A DNA stretch of 64,000 nt from an uncultured Bacillota bacterium (GCA_905188085.1 CAJJKN010000003.1:44688-108687); one strand, 5' to 3'; counted from the first letter of the stretch, positions 28,234-38,546 are shown. The notes: a model not told the origin generated them from the sequence alone. Translations and numbers: made by a program.

Positions 28234-29696
28234 GCCTGCTCCTTTTGGATTTTCTCCATCCCGATCTTCATACGCCGCAGCGTTTCCTGCTTGCCTAAAA
28301 GCACAGCCGCTTCCACAGCGCCGCCCGGCGTCACCTGCGTGCCCGTCACCGCCACGCGCACCGGCCAGAGCATCTGTCCGTTTTTCAGGCCCTGCTCTTT
28401 GGCCGTTTGCAGCAGCGCATCATGAATCTTTTCCTGTTCCCAATCCGCCAGATTTTCCAATACACCATACGCCTTTTCCAAAGCGCCCAGCGACATCGGC
28501 AAATCCGTTTTCATTTTCTTATGGCAATACATCGCCAAATCATAGTCCGGCAAGGCCTGCAAAAACGCAATCTTTTCCGGAATCTCCGCAAAGGCTTCCA
28601 GCCGCTGCTGCAAAATCTGGCACAGCACCTGCTTTTGCGTTTCATTCGTCGGCAGCACCTTTTCATAATACGGGACCGCATGGGCGGTAAAGGTCTCGTA
28701 ATCCATCTTGCGGATGTATTCGGCGTTCATCCAGCGCAGCTTGGCCTCATCGAAAATCGCGGGCGATTTGGAAATGCCCTTCACATCAAACGCCTGAATC
28801 AATTCCTCCAGCGTAAACAATTCCTGGTTTGTGCCGGGGTTCCAGCCCAACAGCGCAATGTAATTCAAAATCGCTTCTTTCAAAAAGCCGCGGTTGATAA
28901 AATCTTCATACGAGGCATCGCCATAGCGCTTGGAAAGCTTTCTGTGCGCATCTTTCATCACCGGCGGCAAATGCAGATACTGTGGAATTTTCCAGCCGAA
29001 CGCCTCGTAGATCAAATTGTATTTCGGCGTGCTGGAAAGATACTCCGTTCCGCGGATGATATGGGTAATATGCATCAAGCTGTCGTCCACAACGTTTGCA
29101 AAATTGTATGTCGGCAGCCCGTCTGTTTTCAGCAAAACGCCGTCTTCCAATTCGTGCACATCCACTTCGATATGCCCGTAAACAAGGTCGTCAAACCCTG
29201 CAACGCCGCTTTCCGGAATGCGCTGGCGCACCACATACGGCTCGCCGTTGGCAATCCGCCGCCGCGCCTCTTCCACCGGAATATCGGCACATTTTTTATC
29301 GTATTTATAAGCGCCTTCCTCCTGGCCGGCCGCTTTTCGGCGCTGTTCAATCTCCTCTTTGGTGCAAAAGCAATAATATGCGCCGCCTTTGTCCACCAGT
29401 TCGTCGGCATATTTTTTATAAATCTCACGCCGTTCGCTTTGGATATACGGGCCGTACGGGCCGCCCACATCCGGGCCTTCATCATAGGAAAGTCCCGTTT
29501 GCTTCATCGTGCGATAGATCAAATCCGTGGCGCCTTCCACATAGCGCTGCTGGTCCGTATCCTCCACGCGCAGCACAAATTTCCCCTCATATTTTCTGGC
29601 AAACAGCCAGCCGTATAGCGCGGTGCGCAGCCCGCCGATGTGCAAATACCCCGTAGGGCTCGGCGCAAATCGGGTTCGTACCTCCGTCATTTTCAA
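28230..29696 (-). CDS. gltX: Glutamate--tRNA ligase
   Basis: RFAPSPTGYLHIGGLRTALYGWLFAR… shows the HIGH motif and a KLSKR-like motif. Confidence 0.93.
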   Translation of the reverse strand: MKMTEVRTRFAPSPTGYLHIGGLRTALYGWLFARKYEGKFVLRVEDTDQQRYVEGATDLIYRTMKQTGLSYDEGPDVGGPYGPYIQSERREIYKKYADELVDKGGAYYCFCTKEEIEQRRKAAGQEEGAYKYDKKCADIPVEEARRRIANGEPYVVRQRIPESGVAGFDDLVYGHIEVDVHELEDGVLLKTDGLPTYNFANVVDDSLMHITHIIRGTEYLSSTPKYNLIYEAFGWKIPQYLHLPPVMKDAHRKLSKRYGDASYEDFINRGFLKEAILNYIALLGWNPGTNQELFTLEELIQAFDVKGISKSPAIFDEAKLRWMNAEYIRKMDYETFTAHAVPYYEKVLPTNETQKQVLCQILQQRLEAFAEIPEKIAFLQALPDYDLAMYCHKKMKTDLPMSLGALEKAYGVLENLADWEQEKIHDALLQTAKEQGLKNGQMLWPVRVAVTGTQVTPGGAVEAAVLLGKQETLRRMKIGMEKIQKEQA

Positions 29697-29711
29697 TCCC
29701 CTTTTCTTTTT

Positions 29712-30263
29712 TTATTTGCCGTTGTTTCTTTTCGCCATGGCCATTGCCAGGCCCGCCACGGTTTTTCCGTCCGGAAATTCGCCGCGCATTGCTTTTTCAT
29801 AGGCCTGTTCAAACGGCATGGTAAATACCTCTACAAATTCATCTTCGTCTTTTTCGTCCGCTTCCCGCGTAAGCCCCGTTGCCAGATACAAATGCAAAAT
29901 TTCATCGGAAAATCCCGGTGTTGTAACGATCTCTCCCAGCTTTTCCCAATGCCGGGCCACCAGCCCCGTTTCCTCTTTCAATTCTCTTCTGGCCGTCAAT
30001 TCCGGCGCTTCCCCCGGCTCGCGTTTGCCGGCCGGCAGCTCCACGATCACTGTATCCAGCGGCGTGCGGTACTGGTGTTCCAAATACACCTCGTCCTCTT
30101 CGCCGATCGCCACGATCACCACCCCGCCCGGATGGCGCACCATATCCCGTCCGGAGGTATGCCCGTTCGGCAAGCTCACCTCGGCATGGGTCACCTTCAA
30201 AAATTTGCCTTGATATACCGTTTCTTCATTTAAGATGGTTTCGCTCAGCTGATCGTTTTTCAT
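29712..30263 (-). CDS. NUDIX hydrolase (ADP-ribose pyrophosphatase-like)
   Basis: The Nudix box GKREPGEAPELTARRELKEETGL is present. Confidence 0.85.
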   Translation of the reverse strand: MKNDQLSETILNEETVYQGKFLKVTHAEVSLPNGHTSGRDMVRHPGGVVIVAIGEEDEVYLEHQYRTPLDTVIVELPAGKREPGEAPELTARRELKEETGLVARHWEKLGEIVTTPGFSDEILHLYLATGLTREADEKDEDEFVEVFTMPFEQAYEKAMRGEFPDGKTVAGLAMAMAKRNNGK

Positions 30264-31909
30264 TTTTTCACCTGCTTTGCCCAGCTGTCTTTCAAGCCTA
30301 CGCTGCGGTTGAATACCGGCGCGCCCGGTTTTCCGTCCGGGTCTGCGCAGAAATAGCCGATCCGGATAAACTGAAACGAATCCTGCACCGCCGCATCAGA
30401 AAGGCTGGCTTCCACCTTGGCATGGCGGACAGACAGCGAATTGGGGTTAATGCGCTGGGTAAAGTCTCCCTCGCCTTCCAGCACCAGGTTTTCATACAGG
30501 CGCACTTCCGCATCCACCGCGGTGTTTTTGTCCACCCAGTGCAACACGCCTTTTACCTTGCGCCCGCCCGTACCGGAGGCGGAGTCTTCATCATAGGTAC
30601 ACAATACACGGGTCACATTGCCTTCTTCGTCCGTTTCATAGCCGGTACATTTAACAATATAAGCCCCCATCAGCCGCACCTCTTTTTCCGGTGACAGCCG
30701 CTTATACTTCGGCGGCGGCACAATGGCAAAGTCATCCCGTTCGATGTATACATGTTTGGAAAAGGTAATTTCCCTTGTGCCCAACGCTTCGTTTTCCGCG
30801 TTGTTGGCAATGGTCAGCGTTTCGCTCTTCCCTTCGGGATAGTTTTCAATCACAAGCTCGATCGGATCCAACACCGCCATGCGCCGCGGCGCCGTCGGTT
30901 TCAAATCGTCTCTTAAGCAATGTTCCAATACGCCGGGCTCCACCGTGCTGTTGCTTTTGGCCACGCCCACCGTAGCGCAAAACTGGCGAATGGAGCCTTT
31001 GGTATAGCCCTTGCGGCGCAGGCCGCAGATCGTGGGCATACGCGGATCATCCCATCCGCTGACAAATCCTTCCTCCACCATGCGCCGTAAATACCGCTTG
31101 CTCATGATGGTTCCTTCGATATTCAGCCGCGCAAATTCATACTGGTGCGGCGGATTTTCAAAGCCGATAGCCTGCAAGAACCAATCGTACAGCGGGCGGT
31201 GGTCTTCAAATTCCAGCGTGCAAATGCTGTGTGTAACCCCTTCAATGGCGTCAGACACGGGGTGTGCAAAATCATACATCGGATAGATACACCATTTTGT
31301 GCCCGTCCGGTGGTGCGGGGTATACATAATCCGATACATGGCAGGGTCGCGCATGTTCATATTGGGCGAGGCCATATCAATCTTGGCCCGCAGGCAGCAT
31401 TCGCCTTCTTTGTATTCTCCCGCTTTCATTTTGCGAAACAACGCCAGCGTTTCTTCCGGCGTGGCATCGCGATAAGGGCTGTTCTGGCCGGGCTCCGTCA
31501 GCGTGCCGCGCGTGGCGCGCATCTGTTCCGCCGTCTGAAAATCCACATACGCCAGGCCCTTTTCAATGATCTGTTCGGCATAGGCATACAGCTGATCAAA
31601 ATAATCGGATGCATAATGCAGGCCGTCTCCCCAGTCACACCCTAAAAAGCGGATGTCCTGCATAATGTTTTCCACATATTCCGTATCTTCTTTAACAGGG
31701 TTGGTATCGTCGAACCGGAGGTTACATTGGCCCTGGTATTTCTCCGCAATGCCAAAATCCAGCAAAAACGCTTTGGAATGCCCAATATGCAAATATCCGT
31801 TTGGCTCCGGCGGAAAGCGGGTCACAATTTTCTCGTATTTCCCGCTCTTTAGATCCTGCACCACAATCTCTTCAATAAAGTTGCTGGCAGCTTCAGGTTC
31901 AAAATTCAT
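30260..31909 (-). CDS. glnS: Glutamine--tRNA ligase
   Basis: TRFPPEPNGYLHIGHSKAFLLDFGIAEKYQGQCNLRFDDTNPVKED is nearly identical to the E. coli GlnRS catalytic core. Start taken at MNFEPEA, with GGAGGGA upstream. Confidence 0.92.
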   Translation of the reverse strand: MNFEPEAASNFIEEIVVQDLKSGKYEKIVTRFPPEPNGYLHIGHSKAFLLDFGIAEKYQGQCNLRFDDTNPVKEDTEYVENIMQDIRFLGCDWGDGLHYASDYFDQLYAYAEQIIEKGLAYVDFQTAEQMRATRGTLTEPGQNSPYRDATPEETLALFRKMKAGEYKEGECCLRAKIDMASPNMNMRDPAMYRIMYTPHHRTGTKWCIYPMYDFAHPVSDAIEGVTHSICTLEFEDHRPLYDWFLQAIGFENPPHQYEFARLNIEGTIMSKRYLRRMVEEGFVSGWDDPRMPTICGLRRKGYTKGSIRQFCATVGVAKSNSTVEPGVLEHCLRDDLKPTAPRRMAVLDPIELVIENYPEGKSETLTIANNAENEALGTREITFSKHVYIERDDFAIVPPPKYKRLSPEKEVRLMGAYIVKCTGYETDEEGNVTRVLCTYDEDSASGTGGRKVKGVLHWVDKNTAVDAEVRLYENLVLEGEGDFTQRINPNSLSVRHAKVEASLSDAAVQDSFQFIRIGYFCADPDGKPGAPVFNRSVGLKDSWAKQVKK

Positions 31910-32162
31910 GTGAAATCCCTCCAGGCAGTTCAATGATTCTTATTATTTTACATGATAACTTTTCTTCTCACAAGGGCCGTCCGCCATTTGTGCGCGGTTT
32001 TCCATCCCTATTGTCTGCATTTCTCCTTCATTTTAGCACAAAAGCGGCAAAAAGGCTGTTCTCTGCCCGGTTTCCCGTTGTTCTTGTTTTGCTTTTTCGC
32101 CTTATCCTACATAAACAAAAAACGACCCCTGCGGATCGCTTTTTGTCCCGTTTGCCCTTTGG

Positions 32163-33668
32163 CTAATTTAAAAATTCTTCTGCCATCATGCGCACGTTTT
32201 GCCCCGTCTTTTCCTCCATGGTCTGCCAAAAGTTTTCGGCATCGGCCCGCAGGCCCGCATAGGCTTGATAATACGCGGCAAGCGCCTGTATCATCTTTTC
32301 CCGGCTCACAGCCTGTTCTATTTTGCGCAGCATCATCGTGCCCTCCGTATACACCACCAGGCTATACAGTCCGTTGTTTCGAAACGCCGTGGCCGGCGCG
32401 TTTACCTTTGCCTTGCATTGGTCTCTGGCATACAGCGGGTTCATAATTTCACTGAGCAGCACCACATAGGTTTGATAAAATGCCTGTTCCTCCTCTTGTC
32501 CTTTTGTCTGCCCCATAAACAACAGCGTGGAATAATCCGTCAGCGCCTCATCCAGCCAGGGCTGCAAAACCTGGTCGTTGCCCACCACGCCGTACCACCA
32601 TTGGTGCGCCGTTTCATGCACGCTTACCCGCTCCAAATCCGCCAGCCCCTGCCCGGTATAGAGCGATTGATCCAGCAGCACCAGCCCGGGATATTCCATG
32701 CCGCCGATAAAAAAGTCCGTCTGCACCACGCAAAAATTTTCATACGGATACATGCCATACATCTTCCCAAAGGTTTCCATCGCCTTTTTGGCCGCCTGCC
32801 CGGCCAGTTTACCGCCCTGTTTGCATTCTTTCTCATAATACGAGCGTACCGTCACCCTGCGCCCGCCGCTTTTCACATGATAGGTATCCACGGCAAAGCT
32901 GCGGCTCAATACGGCTGCAAAATCCCGCACATGCCCAGCCTGTATGGTCAGTTGCTTTCGTCCGTTTTCCGTCTTTATCTCTTTTCTTTCGCCGGTATGC
33001 GCCGTTTCCATGGCTTCCGGCACATTCAACACCACCGTATAGTCGCTGCAATCGCTGACAAACGGATCGCCCACTGCGCCGTATGGGTGGTGTAAAAACG
33101 CGCCGTCTTCCCATGCGCAGGCAATCGGCAGAAAATTGCACAGGTTTACCGTCTTTTCCCCATAGCCAAACCTTCCCAAACAATGGGGCAGCTGCACGGT
33201 AAACGCAAAGAAAACCTCCGTCGTTTCCCCGGGGGCCAGCGGCCTTGGCAGAGATATTTCCAAAAGCGTTTCATCCGGGTTGCCGAGTTTTGTTTTTGCC
33301 TCTTGCCCGTTTACCTTCGTTTGGTTTATTTCAATGCCGCCCGGGCTAAAACCTTTGGGATAAGCCTGCCCCATCTCCTCATTGATAAACGGCGCCGTTT
33401 CCACTTTCCTAAACGCGTTGGGATACAGCATAAACGGTATGCTTTCCAATGTTTTTCCGGCAGGATTTGTATACTTTACCTGCAATGTGCCCGCCACCGT
33501 TTTTTTCTCGTCGTCATACACCGCGTCCACATGATATTCGTGCAGCGACGGCTGCTGCCAAAATCCCGCATCTGCCGGTGCAGCCTTGCCGCAGCCCGCC
33601 GCCAGCATACATACAGCCAGCAGCACCGCTGCCAGTTTTTTCCCTTTTTTCAGGGGATAATCCCACAT
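32163..33668 (-). CDS. M1 family zinc metallopeptidase, lipoprotein
   Basis: HETAHQWWYG…E zinc-binding motif. An N-terminal lipobox LAAGCG is present. Confidence 0.8.
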   Translation of the reverse strand: MWDYPLKKGKKLAAVLLAVCMLAAGCGKAAPADAGFWQQPSLHEYHVDAVYDDEKKTVAGTLQVKYTNPAGKTLESIPFMLYPNAFRKVETAPFINEEMGQAYPKGFSPGGIEINQTKVNGQEAKTKLGNPDETLLEISLPRPLAPGETTEVFFAFTVQLPHCLGRFGYGEKTVNLCNFLPIACAWEDGAFLHHPYGAVGDPFVSDCSDYTVVLNVPEAMETAHTGERKEIKTENGRKQLTIQAGHVRDFAAVLSRSFAVDTYHVKSGGRRVTVRSYYEKECKQGGKLAGQAAKKAMETFGKMYGMYPYENFCVVQTDFFIGGMEYPGLVLLDQSLYTGQGLADLERVSVHETAHQWWYGVVGNDQVLQPWLDEALTDYSTLLFMGQTKGQEEEQAFYQTYVVLLSEIMNPLYARDQCKAKVNAPATAFRNNGLYSLVVYTEGTMMLRKIEQAVSREKMIQALAAYYQAYAGLRADAENFWQTMEEKTGQNVRMMAEEFLN

Positions 33669-33811
33669 GGTTGCTCCCTCTTTTCCTTTTTCCTCTTGCT
33701 TAAAAGCAAAGGGCTTTCACGATAGCTTATACAAAAAACAAAGGATGTATGATAAGATGAAAGTTACCAACCGCGCCTTTGGGCGCTTTTCAAGGAAAGC
33801 GAGGCTGTTTG

Positions 33812-35254
33812 ATGCCGCTGTGTTCGTATGGGCAATCGCGTCCGCAAAACGACCGTACCCTGGTGGAAAATATTTTTATTCGTGAGTTTTTGCCCGCCGC
33901 GCCGGACGGGTTTGTTAAAGTATACCTTTACGGCCTTATGCAGTGCCAGACAAACGTCGGCGCCGGCTCTCTTTCCAGCTTTGCCCGCGATTTGGGCTGC
34001 AGCGAAACAGACGTGCAGGACGCTTTTTCCTATTGGCAGGAAAAAGGGCTGGTTGTCATACAGACAAAGCCGATGTTTGCCGTTTTTTATCAGAATGTAA
34101 AAAATGCGCTGCCGGAGGATGCCTCCGTGTATACCGACGCTGCCTACAATGCGCAGCTGCAAACCCTCTTTGCGCCCAAAATCGTAAACCCTGCCGAGCT
34201 TGTGCGCATTTACGATTGGACGGATGTATTTTCCATCGAAAAAGAAGCCGTGCCGCTTTTGGTGCAATACGGGCAAAGCAAATTGAGCAATTTGGAAAAG
34301 GCCTCGGCCCGCCGGCAGGTAAGCTATATGGATAAAATTGCCCGCCAATGGAACGAACAGGGCGTGCGCACCGCAGAAGACGCCCGAGCCTGGCTGGATC
34401 TTCAGCAGCAGCAAGACAGCGGCCTGTTGTCCGTTTTGCAGCGGCTGGGGCTTCGGCGCAGCGCCACCGCGCCGGAGCGGGCGCTCTATGAAAAATGGCA
34501 GCAGCAGGGCTTTTCTTTAGAGGCCATTTTGGCCGCGGCGGACCGCACCGTTTCCGTCCGCAACCCCAGCTTTGATACCCTAGACGGCATTTTATCGGAT
34601 TTTGATCAGCAGGGCGTTCACGAGGCCGCCTCCATTGAGGGCGATCAGTCCGCCGCGCTGTGCAAGGAAGTGTTGCAGGCCCTGGGCCTTTCCGGCGCCA
34701 CGCCTTCCGCTTCTCAATTGGCCCATTACAGAGATTGGGCCGCCGGCGGCTATTCGCATGAATTGATCTTGCTGGCCTGCGAAAGATGCAAACAGCACAA
34801 AACCTTCCGCTTTGCCGATGTGGCCGCCACGCTGAAAGATTGGCGCGCGCATAAGCTGCGCGGTGTAAAATCCATCCGCAACTATGAAAAAAAGCGCTCG
34901 GCCCGTATGGATCTTATGCGCGAATGCTTTGCCCGCATGGGCGATTCGCGCCGCAAAGTAGACGAAACGGATCTTCTCTTGGCCGAAACCTGGCAAGAAC
35001 AATGGCATATGCCGGAGGAAGTGATCTTCTATGCCGCGGAATGCAGCCACGGCGCCAAAAGCCCCTACCGCATGATCAAGCGGCTTTTGGAGGCCTGGCA
35101 TATCCAAAAGATAGATTCCGTTTCCGCTGCGCGTGCCGCATTCAAAGCATCCTCCCCTTCCCAAGCTTTGGGCCAGCCGGCCAATCGCGCTTTGCAATAC
35201 GATCAACGCTCTACCGAAGAGCGAGGCGATCTAAACAGTTTAATTCAATATTAA
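33812..35254 (+). CDS. Replication initiation / helicase-loader protein with DnaD/DnaB(Bsu) C-terminal repeats
   Basis: There are multiple DDBH2-like repeats (…YEKWQQQGFSLEAILAAADRTV…, …HYRDWAAGGYSHELILLACERC…, …WHMPEEVIFYAAECS…). It is immediately followed by dnaI. Confidence 0.75.
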   Translation: MPLCSYGQSRPQNDRTLVENIFIREFLPAAPDGFVKVYLYGLMQCQTNVGAGSLSSFARDLGCSETDVQDAFSYWQEKGLVVIQTKPMFAVFYQNVKNALPEDASVYTDAAYNAQLQTLFAPKIVNPAELVRIYDWTDVFSIEKEAVPLLVQYGQSKLSNLEKASARRQVSYMDKIARQWNEQGVRTAEDARAWLDLQQQQDSGLLSVLQRLGLRRSATAPERALYEKWQQQGFSLEAILAAADRTVSVRNPSFDTLDGILSDFDQQGVHEAASIEGDQSAALCKEVLQALGLSGATPSASQLAHYRDWAAGGYSHELILLACERCKQHKTFRFADVAATLKDWRAHKLRGVKSIRNYEKKRSARMDLMRECFARMGDSRRKVDETDLLLAETWQEQWHMPEEVIFYAAECSHGAKSPYRMIKRLLEAWHIQKIDSVSAARAAFKASSPSQALGQPANRALQYDQRSTEERGDLNSLIQY

Positions 35255-35264
35255 GGAGCACCGT

Positions 35265-36155
35265 ATGCGTTATTCATGGGATCTGCTTCAACCGCTGCGC
35301 GCAAAGCTGCCGGCCCTGGAGCAGGAATTTATGGGCTATTATAAGCGTCTGTCCGCCTCGGCCCTGGCCGCTGCCGACGGCGCCTCCATCGAAAAAGAAG
35401 AAGGCGAACGCCGGGCCTATGCCGCCGGGATGGAACAGCGCATCACCGAAATTTTGCTGGAAAACGGGCTGAACCCGGCCGATTATTGTCCGCATTACCG
35501 TTGTCCGCTTTGTAAGGATACCGGCTTTCGCATGGAGGGCAGCAAAAAAGTGCGCTGCACCTGCCAAATCGTCCGTCGGGCCGATCAGGCAAACGGCGCC
35601 TACGATTTCCCCACGTTTGCGCAGTTTGATCTGTCCGTTTTCCCGGAAGGCGAACAGCGTGAAAGAATGCAGCGCCATAAAGACCGCCTATATGCCTATG
35701 CCGAGCAGTTTCCGCAAACCGAAAAGCAAAACTTTCTGCTGCTCGGCAAAACGGGGCTGGGCAAATCGTTTTTGCTGTCCTGTGTCTCTCAGGCGCTTCG
35801 GCAAAAGCAGGTGCCTGTTCGTTTTCTTACCGCCTATCAGCTTTCCCAGGCGTTTCGTGCCCAGCATTTCGGCGAAAAGGAAACCCTGTCCTCTTTGATC
35901 CGCGTTCCGTTTTTGGCCGTGGATGATTTGGGCACAGAGCCCATGCTGCGCAATATCACGCTGGAATATTTCAACACCCTGTTGGAAGAGCGCCTGCGCC
36001 AGGGCAAACATACCGGCCTTGTTTCCAATTTAACGCCGGAGCAGCTGATGGCCCGCTACGGCGAGCGAATTGCTTCCCGCCTGCTTGGCAGCGGCCGGTG
36101 CGACGTGCTGGGTTTTTCCGGCCGGGATATCCGTCTTCATCCGCTTTCTTTATAA
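35265..36155 (+). CDS. dnaI: Primosomal helicase loader DnaI/DnaC-like AAA+ ATPase
   Basis: An N-terminal Zn-ribbon (CPHYRCPLCKDTGF…CTC) is followed by Walker A LLLGKTGLGKSFL and Walker B FLAVDDLG. Confidence 0.85.
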   Translation: MRYSWDLLQPLRAKLPALEQEFMGYYKRLSASALAAADGASIEKEEGERRAYAAGMEQRITEILLENGLNPADYCPHYRCPLCKDTGFRMEGSKKVRCTCQIVRRADQANGAYDFPTFAQFDLSVFPEGEQRERMQRHKDRLYAYAEQFPQTEKQNFLLLGKTGLGKSFLLSCVSQALRQKQVPVRFLTAYQLSQAFRAQHFGEKETLSSLIRVPFLAVDDLGTEPMLRNITLEYFNTLLEERLRQGKHTGLVSNLTPEQLMARYGERIASRLLGSGRCDVLGFSGRDIRLHPLSL

Positions 36156-36174
36156 TTTTAAGGAATGATTTTTT

Positions 36175-36834
36175 ATGCACTATGCGCCGCCGCGCCTGCC
36201 AAATGATATTTCCCCTCTTCCCAACGATCCGGCCCTTTTCATACAGGCCGCCCGGGAAGAGCGGTGTCTTTCTAACATCCTGGTTGAAAATGCGGATCTG
36301 TCCGGTTACGATCTTTCTTCGCTTTCCGTAAAGCAGGCAAAATTTATCCGCTGCCGGTTTGCCGGCTGTGATTTAACAAACCTGGATGGCCGGGACGTCG
36401 TCTTTTCCGCCTGTGATTTTTCCAACGCCCGGGCCGATCGGGCTTATTTTTCCCGCTGTTTGTTTGAAAACAGCAAAGCCGTTGGGCTGCATGCGCAGCA
36501 GACGCTTTGGCGGCAAACCGCTTTTTCGCACAGCTTATTTTCCTATGGCAATTTTGACCATGCCGGGTGGGACGGCATCCGCATTCTAAACAGCGATTTT
36601 TCCCATGCTTTTTTCACGTTTTGCACCTTTAAACAAGTCGAATGGAACGATGCGCTTTTAGTTGGCGTTTGCTTTGCCGGCAGCCCGCTTTCCGGCCAGG
36701 ATTTTTCCCGCAGCCGGTTGTCTGCCGTAACGGTAAGCCAATATGCGCCGGAACTGTCCGGCGCCGCAGTCAGCCCGGCCCAGGCGCTGGAATTTTCCCG
36801 CCTGCTGGGGCTTATTATCAAAAATCCGGGATAA
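36175..36834 (+). CDS. Pentapeptide repeat protein (Qnr/MfpA-like)
   Basis: Tandem A(D/N)LxG-type pentapeptides run across 219 aa (…NADLSGYDLSSLSVKQAKFIRCRFAGCDLTNLDGRDVVFSACDFSNARADRAYFSRCLFENS…). Confidence 0.8.
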   Translation: MHYAPPRLPNDISPLPNDPALFIQAAREERCLSNILVENADLSGYDLSSLSVKQAKFIRCRFAGCDLTNLDGRDVVFSACDFSNARADRAYFSRCLFENSKAVGLHAQQTLWRQTAFSHSLFSYGNFDHAGWDGIRILNSDFSHAFFTFCTFKQVEWNDALLVGVCFAGSPLSGQDFSRSRLSAVTVSQYAPELSGAAVSPAQALEFSRLLGLIIKNPG

Positions 36835-36917
36835 TTTTTGTTCCTGTTTGGTTCGTTTATACGATATAATACAGACATACTTAAAACTCGACGAAATATC
36901 ATTCCAGGAGGTTTTGT

Positions 36918-37850
36918 ATGCAAAAACATATTTTGGTTTTCGGCAGCTTTGTGGTAGACCTGATGAGCCGCAACCCTCACCTGCCCACGCCGGGCGAAAC
37001 CGTGCTCGGCAGCTTTTTCAAAATGGGGCCTGGCGGCAAAGGCTTTAACCAGGGCGTGGCCGCCCATAAATCCGGCGGGAACGTTACCATGGTTACCAAA
37101 ATCGGGCAGGATGCCTTTGGCGACGTGGCCCGCCGCACCATGGAACAGCTCGGTATGGACACCACCTATCTTTTGGTTTCCGAAACACACAGCACCGGCG
37201 CCGCGCAGGTATTGGTCGACGAAAACACCTCGCAAAACATGATCAGCGTTGTCAGCGGCGCATGCGCCACCATCACCGAAGAAGACATTGCCCGGCTGGA
37301 GCCGCTGATCGAACAGTCTTCGTATTTGCTGATGCAGCTGGAAGTAAATCTAGAGGCAAACTGGCGCGTATTGGCCCTTGCTAAGCAACACGGCGTTACC
37401 ACCATCCTAAACACCGCCCCCGCCCAGAGTTTGCCGGATGAGATTTTATCTCAAATCGACATCGTTACCCCCAACGAGGTGGAGGCCGAAATGCTGACCG
37501 GCATTCCGGTGGAAAACGTAGAAAACGCCTACAAGGCCGCGCAGGTTTTCTTTGAAAAAGGGGTAAAAGCCGTTGTCATCACGCTTGGTTCGCGCGGCGT
37601 ATATGTGGCAACGCCTGAAAAACAGCAGCTGTTGTCCGTGCCCAAAGTGGATGTGTTGGATACCACCGGCGCCGGCGACGCCTTTAACGGCGGGTTTGTT
37701 ACCGCGCTGTCCGAAGGGAAAGACCTTTGGGAAGCGGCCCGTTTTGCCAATGCCCTGGCGTCTTTGTCCGTTCAGCGCATGGGCACCACCGCCTCCATGC
37801 CCACCCGTGCGGAAATCGATGAATTTTTGGCCGAGCATCCCGAAATGTAA
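36918..37850 (+). CDS. PfkB-family ribokinase/deoxyribokinase
   Basis: The N-terminal GG motif and the anion-hole DTTGAGDAFNGGF are present. It is co-operonic with deoC, which suggests a deoxyribokinase role. Confidence 0.88.
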   Translation: MQKHILVFGSFVVDLMSRNPHLPTPGETVLGSFFKMGPGGKGFNQGVAAHKSGGNVTMVTKIGQDAFGDVARRTMEQLGMDTTYLLVSETHSTGAAQVLVDENTSQNMISVVSGACATITEEDIARLEPLIEQSSYLLMQLEVNLEANWRVLALAKQHGVTTILNTAPAQSLPDEILSQIDIVTPNEVEAEMLTGIPVENVENAYKAAQVFFEKGVKAVVITLGSRGVYVATPEKQQLLSVPKVDVLDTTGAGDAFNGGFVTALSEGKDLWEAARFANALASLSVQRMGTTASMPTRAEIDEFLAEHPEM

Positions 37851-37895
37851 CGCCTTGCTTTTCTCCATTCATCAGCATCGGAAAGGAAGTTTCAT

Positions 37896-38546
37896 ATGAA
37901 TTTAGCCCGTTATATCGACCATACCATTTTAAAAGCAGAAGCCACCAAGGCGGATGTGGAAACCCTGTGCCGGGAAGCCAAAACCTATCATTTTGCCTCC
38001 GTGTGTATCAACACCTGCTATGTGCCGCTGGCCGCCTCCCTTCTAAAGGACAGCGACGTAAAAGTCTGCTGCACGGTCGGTTTCCCGCTGGGCGCCATGG
38101 CTACTAAATCCAAAGCCTTTGAAGCGGCTACGGCCGTGGCCGACGGCGCGCAGGAAGTGGATATGGTGTTGAATATCGGCGCTATGCGTGCCGGAGATTA
38201 TGACTATGTGAAACAAGATATTCATGCCGTGGTGGAGGCCTGCCACCCCAAAGCCCAGGTAAAAGTGATTTTGGAAACCTGCCTGCTTACGGAGGAGCAA
38301 ATCATAAAAGCCTGCGAACTGTGCGTAGCTGCGGGCGCGGATTTTGTAAAAACCTCCACTGGCTTTTCCACAAAAGGCGCCACGGTAGAGCATGTGGCGC
38401 TGATGAAGCGCGCCGTGGGCGATAAAGCCAAAGTGAAAGCCGCAGGCGGCATCCGCACCTATGAAGACGCCATGGCCATGATCAACGCCGGAGCGGACCG
38501 CATCGGTGCCAGCGCCGGCATTGCCATTGTGGAAAGCGCCAAATAA
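37896..38546 (+). CDS. deoC: Deoxyribose-phosphate aldolase
   Basis: [18 protein letters not shown]…[13 protein letters not shown]…KTSTGF is the DeoC signature. Confidence 0.92.
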   Translation: MNLARYIDHTILKAEATKADVETLCREAKTYHFASVCINTCYVPLAASLLKDSDVKVCCTVGFPLGAMATKSKAFEAATAVADGAQEVDMVLNIGAMRAGDYDYVKQDIHAVVEACHPKAQVKVILETCLLTEEQIIKACELCVAAGADFVKTSTGFSTKGATVEHVALMKRAVGDKAKVKAAGGIRTYEDAMAMINAGADRIGASAGIAIVESAK

